A stretch of 64,000 bases of DNA. Origin: Dimorphilus gyrociliatus (lineage: Eukaryota > Animalia > Annelida). Below are positions 52,111 to 64,000 of this stretch, in pieces. The first letter of the stretch is position 1. The number at the start of each line of letters is the position of its first letter. Position numbers and translations under genes: made by a program. Below the pieces are notes generated by a model. It was not told where the DNA came from, did no database searches, and worked only from the letters and a program-made list of their open reading frames with translations. The DNA lies in contig CAJFCJ010000026.1 in the NCBI GenBank assembly GCA_904063045.1, positions 536,964 to 600,963 on the forward strand, given 5' to 3'.

Positions 52111-54254
52111 ACCTCACTTAAATGTTTTTTTATACGAAAAGATTGGAAATTCATTACACACAGAAACTAACCAAGATACAGGGGAAGAGACAGTGAACGA
52201 AAGATGAATGCAAACGGAGACTGACAGAAGGTCGAGAGACAGTGATTGATGGGTTGGGAAGATAATAATCAACTGAAGTGAAAAATTCAATAAAAGCTAC
52301 TGGCAGCGGAACGAGGACCAAAACACGATAATCGGGAAAGAGAGAGAGAGATATGCAAGGAGAAGCAAAGACCATCAAGCATCTTTTCACTCTTTTCCTT
52401 TTTTGAAATTCATTTTGGAGAGAAGCTCTACGAGTTTGATTTTTGCTCTTGAAGAGAGACATTAAAGTTCTATGGAGAGATATGATTCTCCACTTGTCAA
52501 TTGGACAGATATTGTACAAAACGTCATTCTTCTCGCGATTATTGCCTCTATTCGTATATACATAACATAAAAGAACTGTCCTGTACTTTTATACGTGTCC
52601 GTAAGACCTTCCTAACGGTCGCCATACACAACTGTAACTGCCTACAGTGTAGTAAAGAGGAAACTCGAGAGAGGAGGGCAGATTGCCTCCTCAGAATTGC
52701 CAACAGACCTCAAAGCATTCACACATTTGCATATTCACGCCATGTTATATTCATACCTCCGCTCATATACAAAATGTCATTTTCGAGGCGAAGGAGTGCC
52801 TACAAATGCATCATTACTACTAGGTTTAGGGGTTAACCTATAACATAAGATTCAATCAATGGCTTCTCCATCCTTCTCATTCAAGTTCTAATTATCAAAT
52901 CTTCTTCAGTATCTATGATCCAATAAATTTAGAACAGTTCAAACCAATTCATACTAGTGTATCGTTTCAGCTCCTTGTTCATCTATGGTTACTATTGAAT
53001 AGTTGTTGCCGTTTTATCTGGTGACTGACGGGTGGTTGTCACAGTGTCTGGATTGGGTGACGATTGAAGGGAAGCAGTATTCAACTGCAACGAAACAACA
53101 TGCTGTAGTTGTGATATGGGAAATCGTCTACTGCGATTTTCATGTTATAATCTGGGAGATCTTAATTAGAGCTCTTTAAAAGGAGAACATGAAATATATA
53201 CAGTGGCAGAGTGGGATTATCACTGATGCCATAGAGACTATCCCTGCATTTAGAATGTTTAATATCTCCTTGTGGGCCTTAGTCTTCCTAACAATCTAGC
53301 TCATAGTGGACCCTCTGTTAGCTCTATTTTCTCCCTTCATCTATTTCGAATGGTTCATAAAAACAAAAGTAGAATAATTTAAGACAAAGGAAAAGTTTGT
53401 AAATATGATGAAATATTTTTCTTTATTCAAGTCAACACTGCTTATCTCTATCATCTAGTAGAATAGATCTGACGAATGTATGAGTAAGGCATTGCTACGA
53501 TGATATTATACAAACAAACACTTATTATTATCTTGATTCGAGTTGATAATCAAATTTCTGCTCTCTCTCTCTCTCTCTCGTCACAAAATATAGACTGTAC
53601 ATAGCGTGTCTTCAAGCCTAAACTGAGCTAATCTTGCACCATTTTAACATCTTATCCTTCTCCTAGTCCTCTATCTCTCATTATGTATGTATACAATCTA
53701 CTGGAAGGTTATCGATAAATTCGAAGCACAGCCTAAGTAAAAAGGAAAAGAAATAGTTTATATAAATAAGATATTGAGAAAGACTTTACTGATTCAGTTA
53801 GTTTTTAGCTGAGTAGCTCCGATTTCCGTTCCTCTTATCTTCTATAACGGCCAAGACAGACAAAATTCACTCAAGGAAGCTTTAGTCTGACACTTTAATC
53901 TCATCAGCAGATGGCAGAGTCTGTCACCATGTCATCTTCAAGGATGCAAAATTCCTTATTTAGAAATCCTATAGAGGGAACTACTAAATTGAAGATTCGT
54001 TATCACGTGCTCATTTGGTATAAATACAACACTGTCACTCGCTCAAAGTCAGTTACCACTTACCCTGCCTAGGTGACTCCTGATTTCTCAGTCATAAAAG
54101 AGAACCTTCCTTTTTCGATCTGATTGCTTTTTGCTGATCAATTAGCGAACGCAGACTACTATCATATCTTGTATAACACTCTTAAATTCTACTTCTATTC
54201 CTATTATCACGTATGTGATTGAGATATACTTTTACTCGAAAAACTCTCCAATTT

Positions 54255-54435
54255 GACCAACTTAAACCTAGGTGGTAACTTGAGAATGCACATGGCCGGA
54301 AGCCATGTTGCTTTTTTTTTCATTAAAAACAACCGTTATAAAACACGGTTAAAAACACGTGGTTGATGAAGGTCAGCCATGTTAATTTCGAAGAAGTTTT
54401 GTCTCACGTTACCCCACCGCAAGTGATGTCATGGA
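54255..54435 (-). other. Diverged copy of the triple-hairpin element
   Basis: ACATGGC/GCCATGT (54290-54308), AACCGT/ACGGTT (54331-54350), GGTTGA/TCAGCC imperfect stem, degenerate CCGCAAGTGATGTC; flanks similar to the 48.3 kb copy. Confidence 0.75.
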
Positions 54436-55639
54436 TTCCCCATATTAAGGGAAATCTCTAATTTAACTTTACGGTTTATTGTACAATTTCGATGTCTAAT
54501 GAATAATATACATCAAAGTCGCGTGTAACTTCGTATTTATGAAAAGGTATAGGACCTAAAATGCGACGGAAATGATGATTAAGCGTATATATAATAATTA
54601 TATTTTTAAGGGGTTTTTGGGAAATACCTAAATTTCGCCATTTTGAAAGGAAAATTTGAAAAAAACGGTTATAAAACAAAGTATTCCCCAATTACTTTTG
54701 ATATCAGCAGAAGATTATGATAATCACCAAAAAAACTTACAAGCTTATTGAACTAGAGAGGCGTTATGTAGTTTTATTAAATGTCTATTAAGAGATGAAA
54801 GACATGAATCATTCCAGTCTTCAGCAGAAATTCTCCAATGAACGTGAGCTCGACAAAGTGACCTGTTTCGAGTGATAAATAGATAAAGAATGAAAGGAGA
54901 AACTATAATAATTTGTTTCTTCAAATCGATTAATGGCATTAGGAAAAAAAATAACTGTTATAAATATGACGTCATGGATTTCCGAAGGCATTGGAATTTC
55001 CAAGTTACTTATTTGTTTTAAATAGCTCAAATTTCAACTTTTAATTAACAATAATCATATAAATCATGCATATCATAATACTTATAACAATAAATAAGAG
55101 AAATATTTACAACAAAATGTGACTATATTTCTAAATTGCGAAAAATAGTTTTTACGGTTTTGGGAAAATACCTCCAATATTACGTCATTTTATAATGAAA
55201 ATGTCGAAGTGGGAAAATACCCGAAAAGAATTATTATATAAAGAACATTTAAAAGAGACGCGAAAGCTCTTTTTTTAATAAAGAAAAGATAAAAAGTTTT
55301 AAAGCAATAAGGTCTGTTAACGACGATTTAATTTTGTAAACTTTCCAAAGAAGGATCTAATGACCTGTAAGATGTCATAGGAACACTATAGCGTCTCACA
55401 GACCATTAGTTTCCTCATAAGACCCCTGTAACCTTGCGGGGGATGCCAACAACAATGCTGTCGATTGCGATCTGTTCTCTTCCAGGTGACGATATTGAGA
55501 CGAGAGAAAGTTTACAGACTATTGAAAGGGATAACAGGAAAAGGAAATAATAACAAGGAATGGGGAATAATGATATAGAAACCAAGAACGAATAAGGTAA
55601 ACATTTTAACATATCAAACATAAACTATTACATAACAAT

Positions 55640-56500
55640 ACAATTTAAATCTAATGGGTGATAAGAAAAAGCGTTACAAACAGATAAATATAGGACGGGG
55701 CGATTTAACCCATTAACATGCAATGGAATGGGTAAATCCAGTAGAAACGGAGCAGGGGATGACGGAACAACTGTTAATTCCAGCGAAAGGTGAGTATTAT
55801 TGTTAGCGGATCGAGTTAAGGTGATTCTAAGGGAGATAAAGGGATAAGGAGTTAGATATATAGCTCTAGTGTCCATTAATGTGGGCGTCATAGGCATCCT
55901 TGGAGCCTTTGATTGCCTCAGCCACGCAGAGTTGGGATAACATTTTACGGTATCCGTATGCTAAGCCAAGCGCTTGCATGACCTTTTGGTTATCGCGGTA
56001 CCAGGCACCCAACGAACCAACCACAAATGACAGAATGCGGACGGTGATGCCATTGGTCTCCAGTTCGGTCTGGAGTACTCGGTACTTGGTGATCTTTTCC
56101 TCAGCAGATGTGGCCAAGGTGCCGGGGCGCTCGAAGGGAACCGCAATATCGATTATATCGATTCTGGAACCGTTGCGGACAACGATGTCCGGCCTAACGT
56201 TCCTGCCAATTATTGTTTATCTCGTGGTGGAACTGTGGCTGGTTTTGGTGCCACGCTCGTCCCACTTCGGCCGTTATGTTCGGGCAGAGCTCGTTGGAAA
56301 AATACCACTCTAAATTAATTGTTTTGCGTAGGCGAGTGGACGCCGACCGAGTTACCGACATGACGGTTTGAGAGGTGGAAGAAGAGGAGGAGAAGGGATT
56401 GGCCACTGAGCCATTCAGGTAGTCTACCAAGAGTTGGGGCGTAACGTGAGTGCCCCTCGCTACCCGGGATCTATCCGCCTTTACAAGTGCAGAGCACAAA
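55640..56500 (-). mobile_element. RLE-type non-LTR retrotransposon relic (endonuclease and 3' UTR) lacking RT
   Basis: GRNVRPDIVVRNGSRIDIIDIAVPFERPGTLATSAEEKITKYRVL...LSFVVGSLGAW (PD-(D/E)xK RLE C-terminus), stop at 55866. Confidence 0.88.
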
Positions 56501-59196
56501 CATTGTCCAATTAATTAGTTCCAAAACTCAGCCAATAATTAAAACAACAACAACAACAACAACTCACAACGTGGCTATCACGTGACTATTTTGTATAAAT
56601 ATAGGAGAAAATTGACGGTGGATTGTCAGTTACCAAATTGAGAAGACCCCGTCGTTTTCTCTGTCAGATTTTTCTCTGATTTTATACGTTTTTCAATAAG
56701 TTTTTTCAAGGATCTCGCAAAAATCAAAAGACGGAAAATTTCAATTTTCATTTTCTTAAACATTTGAAATGATTAACATGATTCTCTTCACTCCAAACAC
56801 TTCACCAATCCCACTTGACACTCATTTTGGTAACTTAGGAAATGCAACATGGCCTAAAATTGCATGTTGCACCTTTTTTTAACTGAAAATAAAAGCCGAT
56901 AAATAATTCGGCAAAAAAAACATGACTCGCTTAAAGTTGGTCATGTTTTTTACGGTGCAACTTTGTTGCGTTCACTTTCACCGGAAGTGACGTCATGGAT
57001 TTCCATGTAATTCACCGAATTAACAAATTCACAAATTTCTCTTCTGACACATCGAAAACTAACAGAGTATCTCTTTGTTTGATAAAAGTGAAATTTTTAT
57101 ATAAATCGTGGGATAAATATTTTGGAAAAAAAGTGATTTTAGTATATATTAGTATATATTTATACATGTAAAATATTTTAAAGTAAATTTGGGAAAAGCC
57201 GGAAATGACGTCACTCAAAATAAGAAACAATCGTGGAATAGAACATTCGAAAGTAGAGAACGCCTGAAAGGAATGAAGAAATAGAAAGATTCGAGAAAAA
57301 AAGACGTTATAAGAGATAGGAAGTTTTTCCTGAAAAATGAAAAGAAAGAGAAAAGTAACATGTGTATAAATAAAGAAAAAACGACATTTGGAGAATAAAA
57401 CTGAAAGATTAACCGAAGTCTGATTATCATCGATTAAAAATAACGCTTGTTCATGCAAATATAGAAACGATAAAGATAAAATCTAAAACTGAATCATCTT
57501 GAACACCGAACACCGAGAAAGTTAGGTATAACCGTTTCAACTCAATCGTCATGTAAATTTAGTAGGAAACAATGAAAGAATGACGTCATTTTCATTAAAA
57601 ATTGAATACTTTATATGAAAAAATGACAAAACTGTAATCATTAATCCTAACAATAAACCATGACTTTCCGTTAAAATATTCTTATCGATAATAAGAAATA
57701 TTTGAAATCTTTTGATTGAAAGTTTATACTGTAAAGAAAGTTGGATGAAACGCTTACTTTGTTATAACAAAGTGTTATGTACCCATGGCTATATGTATTT
57801 TATCGAAACATTCGACATTAATCAATTAAATCGATTAAATACAAAAGTTGCTACTGTTTGATCTGTTCAAAGACGTAATGATTAACAGATCTTCTAATTA
57901 GTTTATCGATTATAATTATAGGACGAATGAATGGCAATTAATTACAACTGATGTTTGACCAGAAGACGATGGTATCAACAAGTGCCGAATATCTTCGACG
58001 CATTCAAAGAGTTTTTCGTTTCACTTACGAGTTAGCAGTGAGTAGAGTTTTTTTTCTATTCTTCTAGTATACTGCATACCAACAATTCTAAGAATCAGTA
58101 AAAAAGAATGAAAAACACGAAATAACATGCAAAACAACTGGACACGACGAACTTATCGTTCAAGGTCTAGATAGGAAATAAATGTAAAACAGTAAACTAA
58201 TTAAAAAGGAACAAAAAGGATATTTAATTAGCAATTACCGCTTTTGTGTACTCCAAAGTTGTACTCAGTTTGATGTCAAATTGTGAGATGAAATCCTAAT
58301 CATCGTTGTCGAATATCAATTTTTGTAAGTTTCATACGTAAAACATTAAAATAGAAATTTGTATCACTTCCTATCTACACCAAAGGATAATTTAATATCA
58401 GAAAGGAAAAAAACACATTCTAGCTTTTCTTAGAGAGAGGAATCATTCCTTTTTAATCTATTACACAATGTAATTTATCTTTAATTAACAGACCCACTTG
58501 ATTAGCGTCTCTTTTATAAAAACACAATGCTTGATTGTGTAACATGGTCGGCCACTGTTTGAAGTGATAAAACCTTAGGAAGATGTTCAATATTAGTATT
58601 TATTCTGAAAATAAAATCCTTTCTGTGTTAAAGCACCCGTCCCGAATTCTTTGTCAAATGTGTGGACATTATCGGAATGAAGTACTGATGAGGGTCTTTT
58701 TTGATTGTGAGGCTTTCCACGGTTACTATTTACTACATTGCTGATCGACACTGTACTTTTAGCGATTTAATCAGCATTTGTTCCTATTCGTTGCCATGTC
58801 AATGTTGTTTGTAATGGTGTGAGTAGATGTAAGAGTGGTAAGTGTATTAGTCCTTTCCTTGTCTGATAGTTGTCCTTCTTTTTCCTCTCAGTTAAACATG
58901 TCCGGTGATCGTCGTCGTCTACGGTTATTAGTTGAACACAAATCTATAAAAACAGTTTGTTTATTGGGACGAAATTTTGGTCACTTACTGTTTACACAAA
59001 GCAACAATTAAATATCGTTTTTTACAGGATCGTAAAGATCGGAATAATCTTTAGATAAACAGCAATCACGGGACTATTTTGTATATGAAATTCGGGAAAA
59101 AATATTATTTGAACGTTAGTTAAGACAACATCTTTCACTCTTTCTACGTTATTCATCCTTACCACATTTATTTTCAATTATTATCGAGATTATTAC

Positions 59197-60457
59197 CCAA
59201 CTGGCCAATATGGTCGACTCATCAGCACTTGATGAGAAACTGGAGGTGAATAGAAAAGGATTCGAAGAAAAATTCATGTATATGAATGCTCAGAACAGAA
59301 CTGAGAACACTGTGATGGAGGAGAGATTGACGGCGCAAAATGGAACGTATCATTTAACAAATTCGACTAAAGAATCATGTAAGTTATCAATCCACATTCA
59401 AATACAAGAGCCAGAAAATTCTTTAACAGTTGAAGAACAACATTGTGCAACGTTCGAAAATTTCTAATTCGTTAGAATCAAGAAAATGACGGAACGTTTT
59501 ATTCAAATGCCGGCCGAAATTACGAAGGTTCCTCATTACAATTCCAACTCTAGAATTAGCATACTGAGAAAAGATGCTATAAATCAAATGCCTCCCAAAT
59601 GTCGATATGCAACGGAAGATGAACCTCCAAATTGAGAGAGCAAGGTTAAAGTTAGAAGTCCACAAACTATACCATCCAGTAAAATTAATGAACCAAAAAC
59701 TACCGCACCCCTGAACCCATCATTGGATAAAAATTCGAATTGTCTATGTTCAGCCAATAATCTATGCTTAGCCTACTGTCCTTCATATATTCATACGAAA
59801 TCAGAGGATAAAAGGCGACTGGACCAAATCCTCAATCGATTCTAACTGTTTACGAAGTGGTCTGCACTAATGCACTACTCATCATGGTCCTCTACAGAAT
59901 TCTGTTTAGACGTGATAACTTTACCCTCTTGCTTGGTATCGATATTGTCACCGTAAGAAAAGATCACATATCCTTCTATATGGACGACCTTATCTTAGTT
60001 GGAAACAATGAAGAAGAATTAGAAAACCTTACACTGCGGCTACATCAAGTACTCGCAGCTAAAGATTAGTCACCATTCATCTCTACAACTCAAACCTATT
60101 AAAGCCACTATAAAGGTCCTCTGGTCAAACAAATGAAGATGGCATCTATTTAACACTTGGAAGGTCCGATAAATTGAAGCAGACAACGAAAGTCCGGGGA
60201 ATTTACCAGCCCGTTCCAAGATTGCGCCATAGACGTTACTGGACCTGTATATAGGAACATTCCAGATGATAAAGTATACATCCTAGTAATTGCCTGTCTA
60301 CGATCGCGCTATTCACCATATTGCATACACAAGACGGGAGTCATAGGTCTCATTAAAACAATGTTATTGACATCAAACTTGGAAAACAAAGCATCTTACA
60401 ATCTCTTCTAAAGAGAAACAAATGAATCATTGTCCAGTAAACTTCGTAGCTGACGAT
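59197..60457 (+). mobile_element. Internally deleted BEL/Pao relic, right arm
   Basis: Mirror of 13700-14960; YMDD at ~59977, PFQDCAIDVTGP at ~60212-60245. Confidence 0.85.
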
Positions 60458-62006
60458 CTGAGCGAACCGATGACAGTTATCCCAAACAAATTCTAGCTTT
60501 TCCGACAAATAACGGAAAAAAGCCATTCCTTTGTAATTTATTACACAATGTAATTATTATTTAATTAACAGGAACACTTGATTTTTAACCTTAGGAAAAT
60601 GTTCTATATTCGTATTCTACTGCAATTCTTTGTCAAATGTGTGGAGCTTATCGGAATGAGGTACAGGTGAGGGTATTTTTTGATAGTGATGCTTTCCTCT
60701 TATACTATTTACAACACTGCTGATCGACATTGTTCTTGCAGTGATTAAACCAGCATTTGTTCCTTTTCGTTGCGATGTCAATGTTGTTTGTAATTTGTGT
60801 GACTAGGTGTAAGAGTGGTAAGTGTATTTGTCCTTTCCCTATCTCACCGTTGCCCCTTTTTCTCTTAGTTCAACGTTAGAGGTGATCGTCGTCGTCTACG
60901 GTTATTAGTTGAACACAAATCTATAAAAACAGTTTCTTTCGTCATTTGCTGTTTACACAAAGCAACAATTCAATATCATACTGTACAAGATTGAAAAGAT
61001 CAGAATAATCTTAGATAATCATTTTCCAATATGTTTTCACAAGAGATGCAGTACTTTCGACAATCACATTGTCCAATTAATTAGTTCCAAAACTCAGCCT
61101 ATAATTAAAACAACAACAACAACAACTCGCAACGTGGCTATCACGTGACTATTTTGTATAAATATAGGAGAAAAATTGACGGTGGACTGTCAGTTACCAA
61201 ATTGAGAAGACCCCGTCGTTTTCTCTGTCAGATTTTCGACAATAGAAAACAATGATTGTTTTCAGAAGAGACGCAATACTTTCGACAATCACATTGTCCA
61301 ATTAAACAATGATTGTTTTCTATTTTGTCGATGATTTTTCTCTGATTTTATACGTTTTTCAATAAGTTTTTTCAAGGATCTCGCAAAAATCAAAAGACGG
61401 AAAATTTCAATTTTCATTTCATTTGAAATGATTAACATGATTCTCTTCACTCCAAACACTTCACCAATCCCACTTGACACTCATTTTGGTAACTTAGGAA
61501 ATGCAACATGGCCTAAAATTGCATGTTGCACCTTTTTTTAACTGAAAATAAAAGCCGATAAATAATTCGGCAAAAAAAAACATGACTCGCTTACAGTTGG
61601 TCATGTTTTTTACGATGGAACTTTGTTTCGTGCTCTTTCACCGGAAGTGACGTTATTGATTTCCATGTAATTCGTCGAATTAACAAGTTGAAAACTTTCT
61701 CCTTTTTTTCTGGCAAGTGGGAAAGTATCTTTTTGTTCAACAAAAGTGAAATTTGCAGTATAAATCGTAGGGTAAATATTTAGTGAAAATGTATATGATT
61801 TTAGTATCGTTATATACAGTACATGCATTTGTAATATATTTTAGATCACATTTGGAAAAAGCTGGAAAGGACATGACTGAATATGGGGAAATAACCATAG
61901 AACGTGAGTTTTGAAAATAGAGAGCTGTTGAAACGAATGAATAAATAGAAAAATTGGAGAGAAAAGCCGTTAAAATGTATATAAAAACGAACCTAGAGAG
62001 TAAAAA

Positions 62007-62674
62007 AGACTAATTGAATTGTTGGAGCGTTGATCTAACTGCCTACGAAGCGATCATACAAACGTAAATTGTTCATCTAAATTTGATTGGGATAAATGTA
62101 AGCAAACCACGCGATACATCCGTCCATCACAAAGATTCAACAACAGCCAGCCCAGCCCTTCCTGTTAGCATCAATCAATCAGACATCAACAATGATAGAA
62201 TGCTTATCTACGAGACAGAAGCACAAGTGCCATCAACAGGTATCTACCATTCGCAAGATGATTGCCTTAATAGATACTGGAGCCTCAATGTCTTTGATAA
62301 GCCGTAAATTTCTCCTACGAACGTCATATAAACCAAAGCCAGATGAATAATGCTGTATTGACAAATCGTATACGAACAACTCGTTTCAGCCAGTTGTCTT
62401 AGAACAAGTAAAATAATGTTGCCTCACTTAGATCCATTGTACGACATATATTGCTTACGTTGTCGATTGCCTACTAAGAAACAACCAGCTGTATACAGTT
62501 GTACTCCTCATCATGGTCCTCTACAAATGTTTCGACGCAATAGTTTCACGTATATCAAGTACCCACTCGGTTGGTACCGAACCTCTCTCTCTCTCCAACC
62601 GCCGAAGAACCCTATATGATAAATTGCATCTCATACACAGAAACGAGCAGTAGTGTTCATCACTTTCGTTCAAC

Positions 62675-62705
<31 letters not shown>

Positions 62706-63617
62706 AATGACATTCGTGCTATTAACCATCCTTCATAATAATAAATCTATGGCTAAAGGCGGATTTCAATCTATTCGACGACAAGCTAACATTTAACACC
62801 GAATAGTTCAAAGGAATACAGACCCTGCTCGACAAGGATTACACTTGTCCTGTACCTGACGATGAAGTTGAATTTTATCTTCCACATCACGGCGCTAAGA
62901 ATCTCAAGAAAGAAACCGTTCGAATCGTAATGCCAAGTACCACAGCCAGTCTTTAAATGTCTTACTGCCAGGCCCATCACTACTCACATGAAATCAATGT
63001 TTGTGAACGTCAGAGTACACATTCCTCTACTTCGGTTTCCTCTACGAAGATCCTACTGGGAAAGGTCATCTTCTCTCTTCTGTCATGACCCTTGATATAT
63101 TCGGATATTGGGAGCTACTAGTTCACCCTTTATAGCCTGTACTGCCCTAAACTCTGCTACAACACAACTACTTCGCTATCAACCCAAGAAAAGCTTGTAA
63201 TATCTGATGAACGTAATCGATTGAACGAAATATGCTGAATACGAAACTGTTTAACAAAGTAAGAGACAAATTGAAACTAGGATAGATCTCGAAAGAATTT
63301 TTGGAACGGGCATGCCAGATTTATTCAGGTCATAATAAGGTGGAAAGAGACATTAGGAATTCAATCCCCCACCTCTCAAGCCACTCTATTTACATTGCCT
63401 TCGCCAGTGCAGTCGATGGTCATAATGCATGATGCCAAACTCACGTGATGATATGGCGTTGTATCATTCAAACTTAAAGACTGTATCATAACTTCATTCT
63501 CTATTGCATTGTTCATTATTCAGCAAATTTCCTTCAAATTATTAGCGATTATTGTCGAATATAAGATTATTCCAACTTAGTACCTACATACCGACGACAA
63601 CACATACAGTATATGTT
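62007..63617 (+). mobile_element. BEL/Pao pol relic inside the right arm
   Basis: DTGA protease motif ~62270-62290; FYLPHH...RIV ~62860-62930; GATSSPF ~63108-63135. Confidence 0.85.
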
Positions 63618-64000
63618 ACATCTTTTAGAGTAAAAATTTGGGAAAAGCCGGAAATGACGTCACTGAAACTACCGTAGAATAGAACATTCGAAAGTGAAGA
63701 ACTGCTGAAAGGAATGAAGAAGTGGAAAAACTTGATAAGAAAAAAGGACGCTATAAAATTGTTAAATACAAAAGTTACTACTATTTGATGAATCCAAAGA
63801 GGTAATCATTAGCGAATCTTCTAATTGGTAGATCGATGAAAGGTTCATTAAAAAGTATGGTAAACACGAAATAAGATGGAAGAGAACTTTTGAGGACGAA
63901 CTGATCGTTGAAATTGTAGATGGGGAATAAATTGGAAACTATAAAACTAGTCAAAATTACTGCTTTTCTATATCCTTTCAAACAAATCAAATAGTGGAAA

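Larger units (their letters stand above)
56503..64000 (-). repeat. Right arm of the giant inverted repeat, truncated by the window end
   Basis: Mirror of 10157-17315. 56503-56700 extends further inward than the left arm and matches the internal repeat at 12790-13090 with an internal deletion. Confidence 0.97.

Noticed and set aside
52154-53700. ORFs 52154-52519 and 52501-52836 and the adjacent sequence as genes
   Set aside because: Non-ATG starts, low-complexity composition and no motif; possibly retroelement debris, but I cannot support a call.
10157-64000. Maverick/Polinton or other virus-like element
   Set aside because: No protein-primed polymerase, packaging ATPase, capsid or intact integrase ORF was found between the arms.
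1-64000. tRNA, rRNA or telomeric repeats
   Set aside because: No cloverleaf with A/B boxes, rRNA-like conserved tract or simple telomere array was noticed by eye; a tRNAscan/Infernal run would be needed to exclude them fully.

Overview
AT-rich eukaryotic (animal-like) genomic DNA with compact genes and short GT-AG introns (53, 54, 83 and 84 bp in the four gene models I could build). It is not bacterial, and most short ORFs in the supplied track are spurious. The dominant structure is a very large inverted repeat: 10157-17315 is mirrored by about 56700-64000, and the right arm runs off the window edge. The arms enclose a ~39 kb spacer. The spacer holds four apparently intact genes: MADF-BESS, THAP, an intronless bacterial-type DNA-3-methyladenine glycosylase I (tag family), and an acidic tandem-repeat protein with SIM-like/SPKK motifs. 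It also holds a disrupted intronless ADAMTS-like metalloprotease and many eroded transposon relics (BEL/Pao LTR, Tc1/mariner, MULE, RLE-type non-LTR). Further structure: a ~2.6 kb direct duplication (4.9-7.6 kb / 19.6-22.05 kb), a dispersed ~550 bp unit carrying CTCF-like motifs, a dispersed triple-hairpin element with compensatory base changes next to an ETS-CRE-like motif, a ~20-copy GGAAACCAYACTA motif array at the window start, and a 31-34 bp minisatellite. No tRNA, rRNA or CRISPR-cas was seen. All alignments were done by eye, so boundaries of degraded features are approximate.
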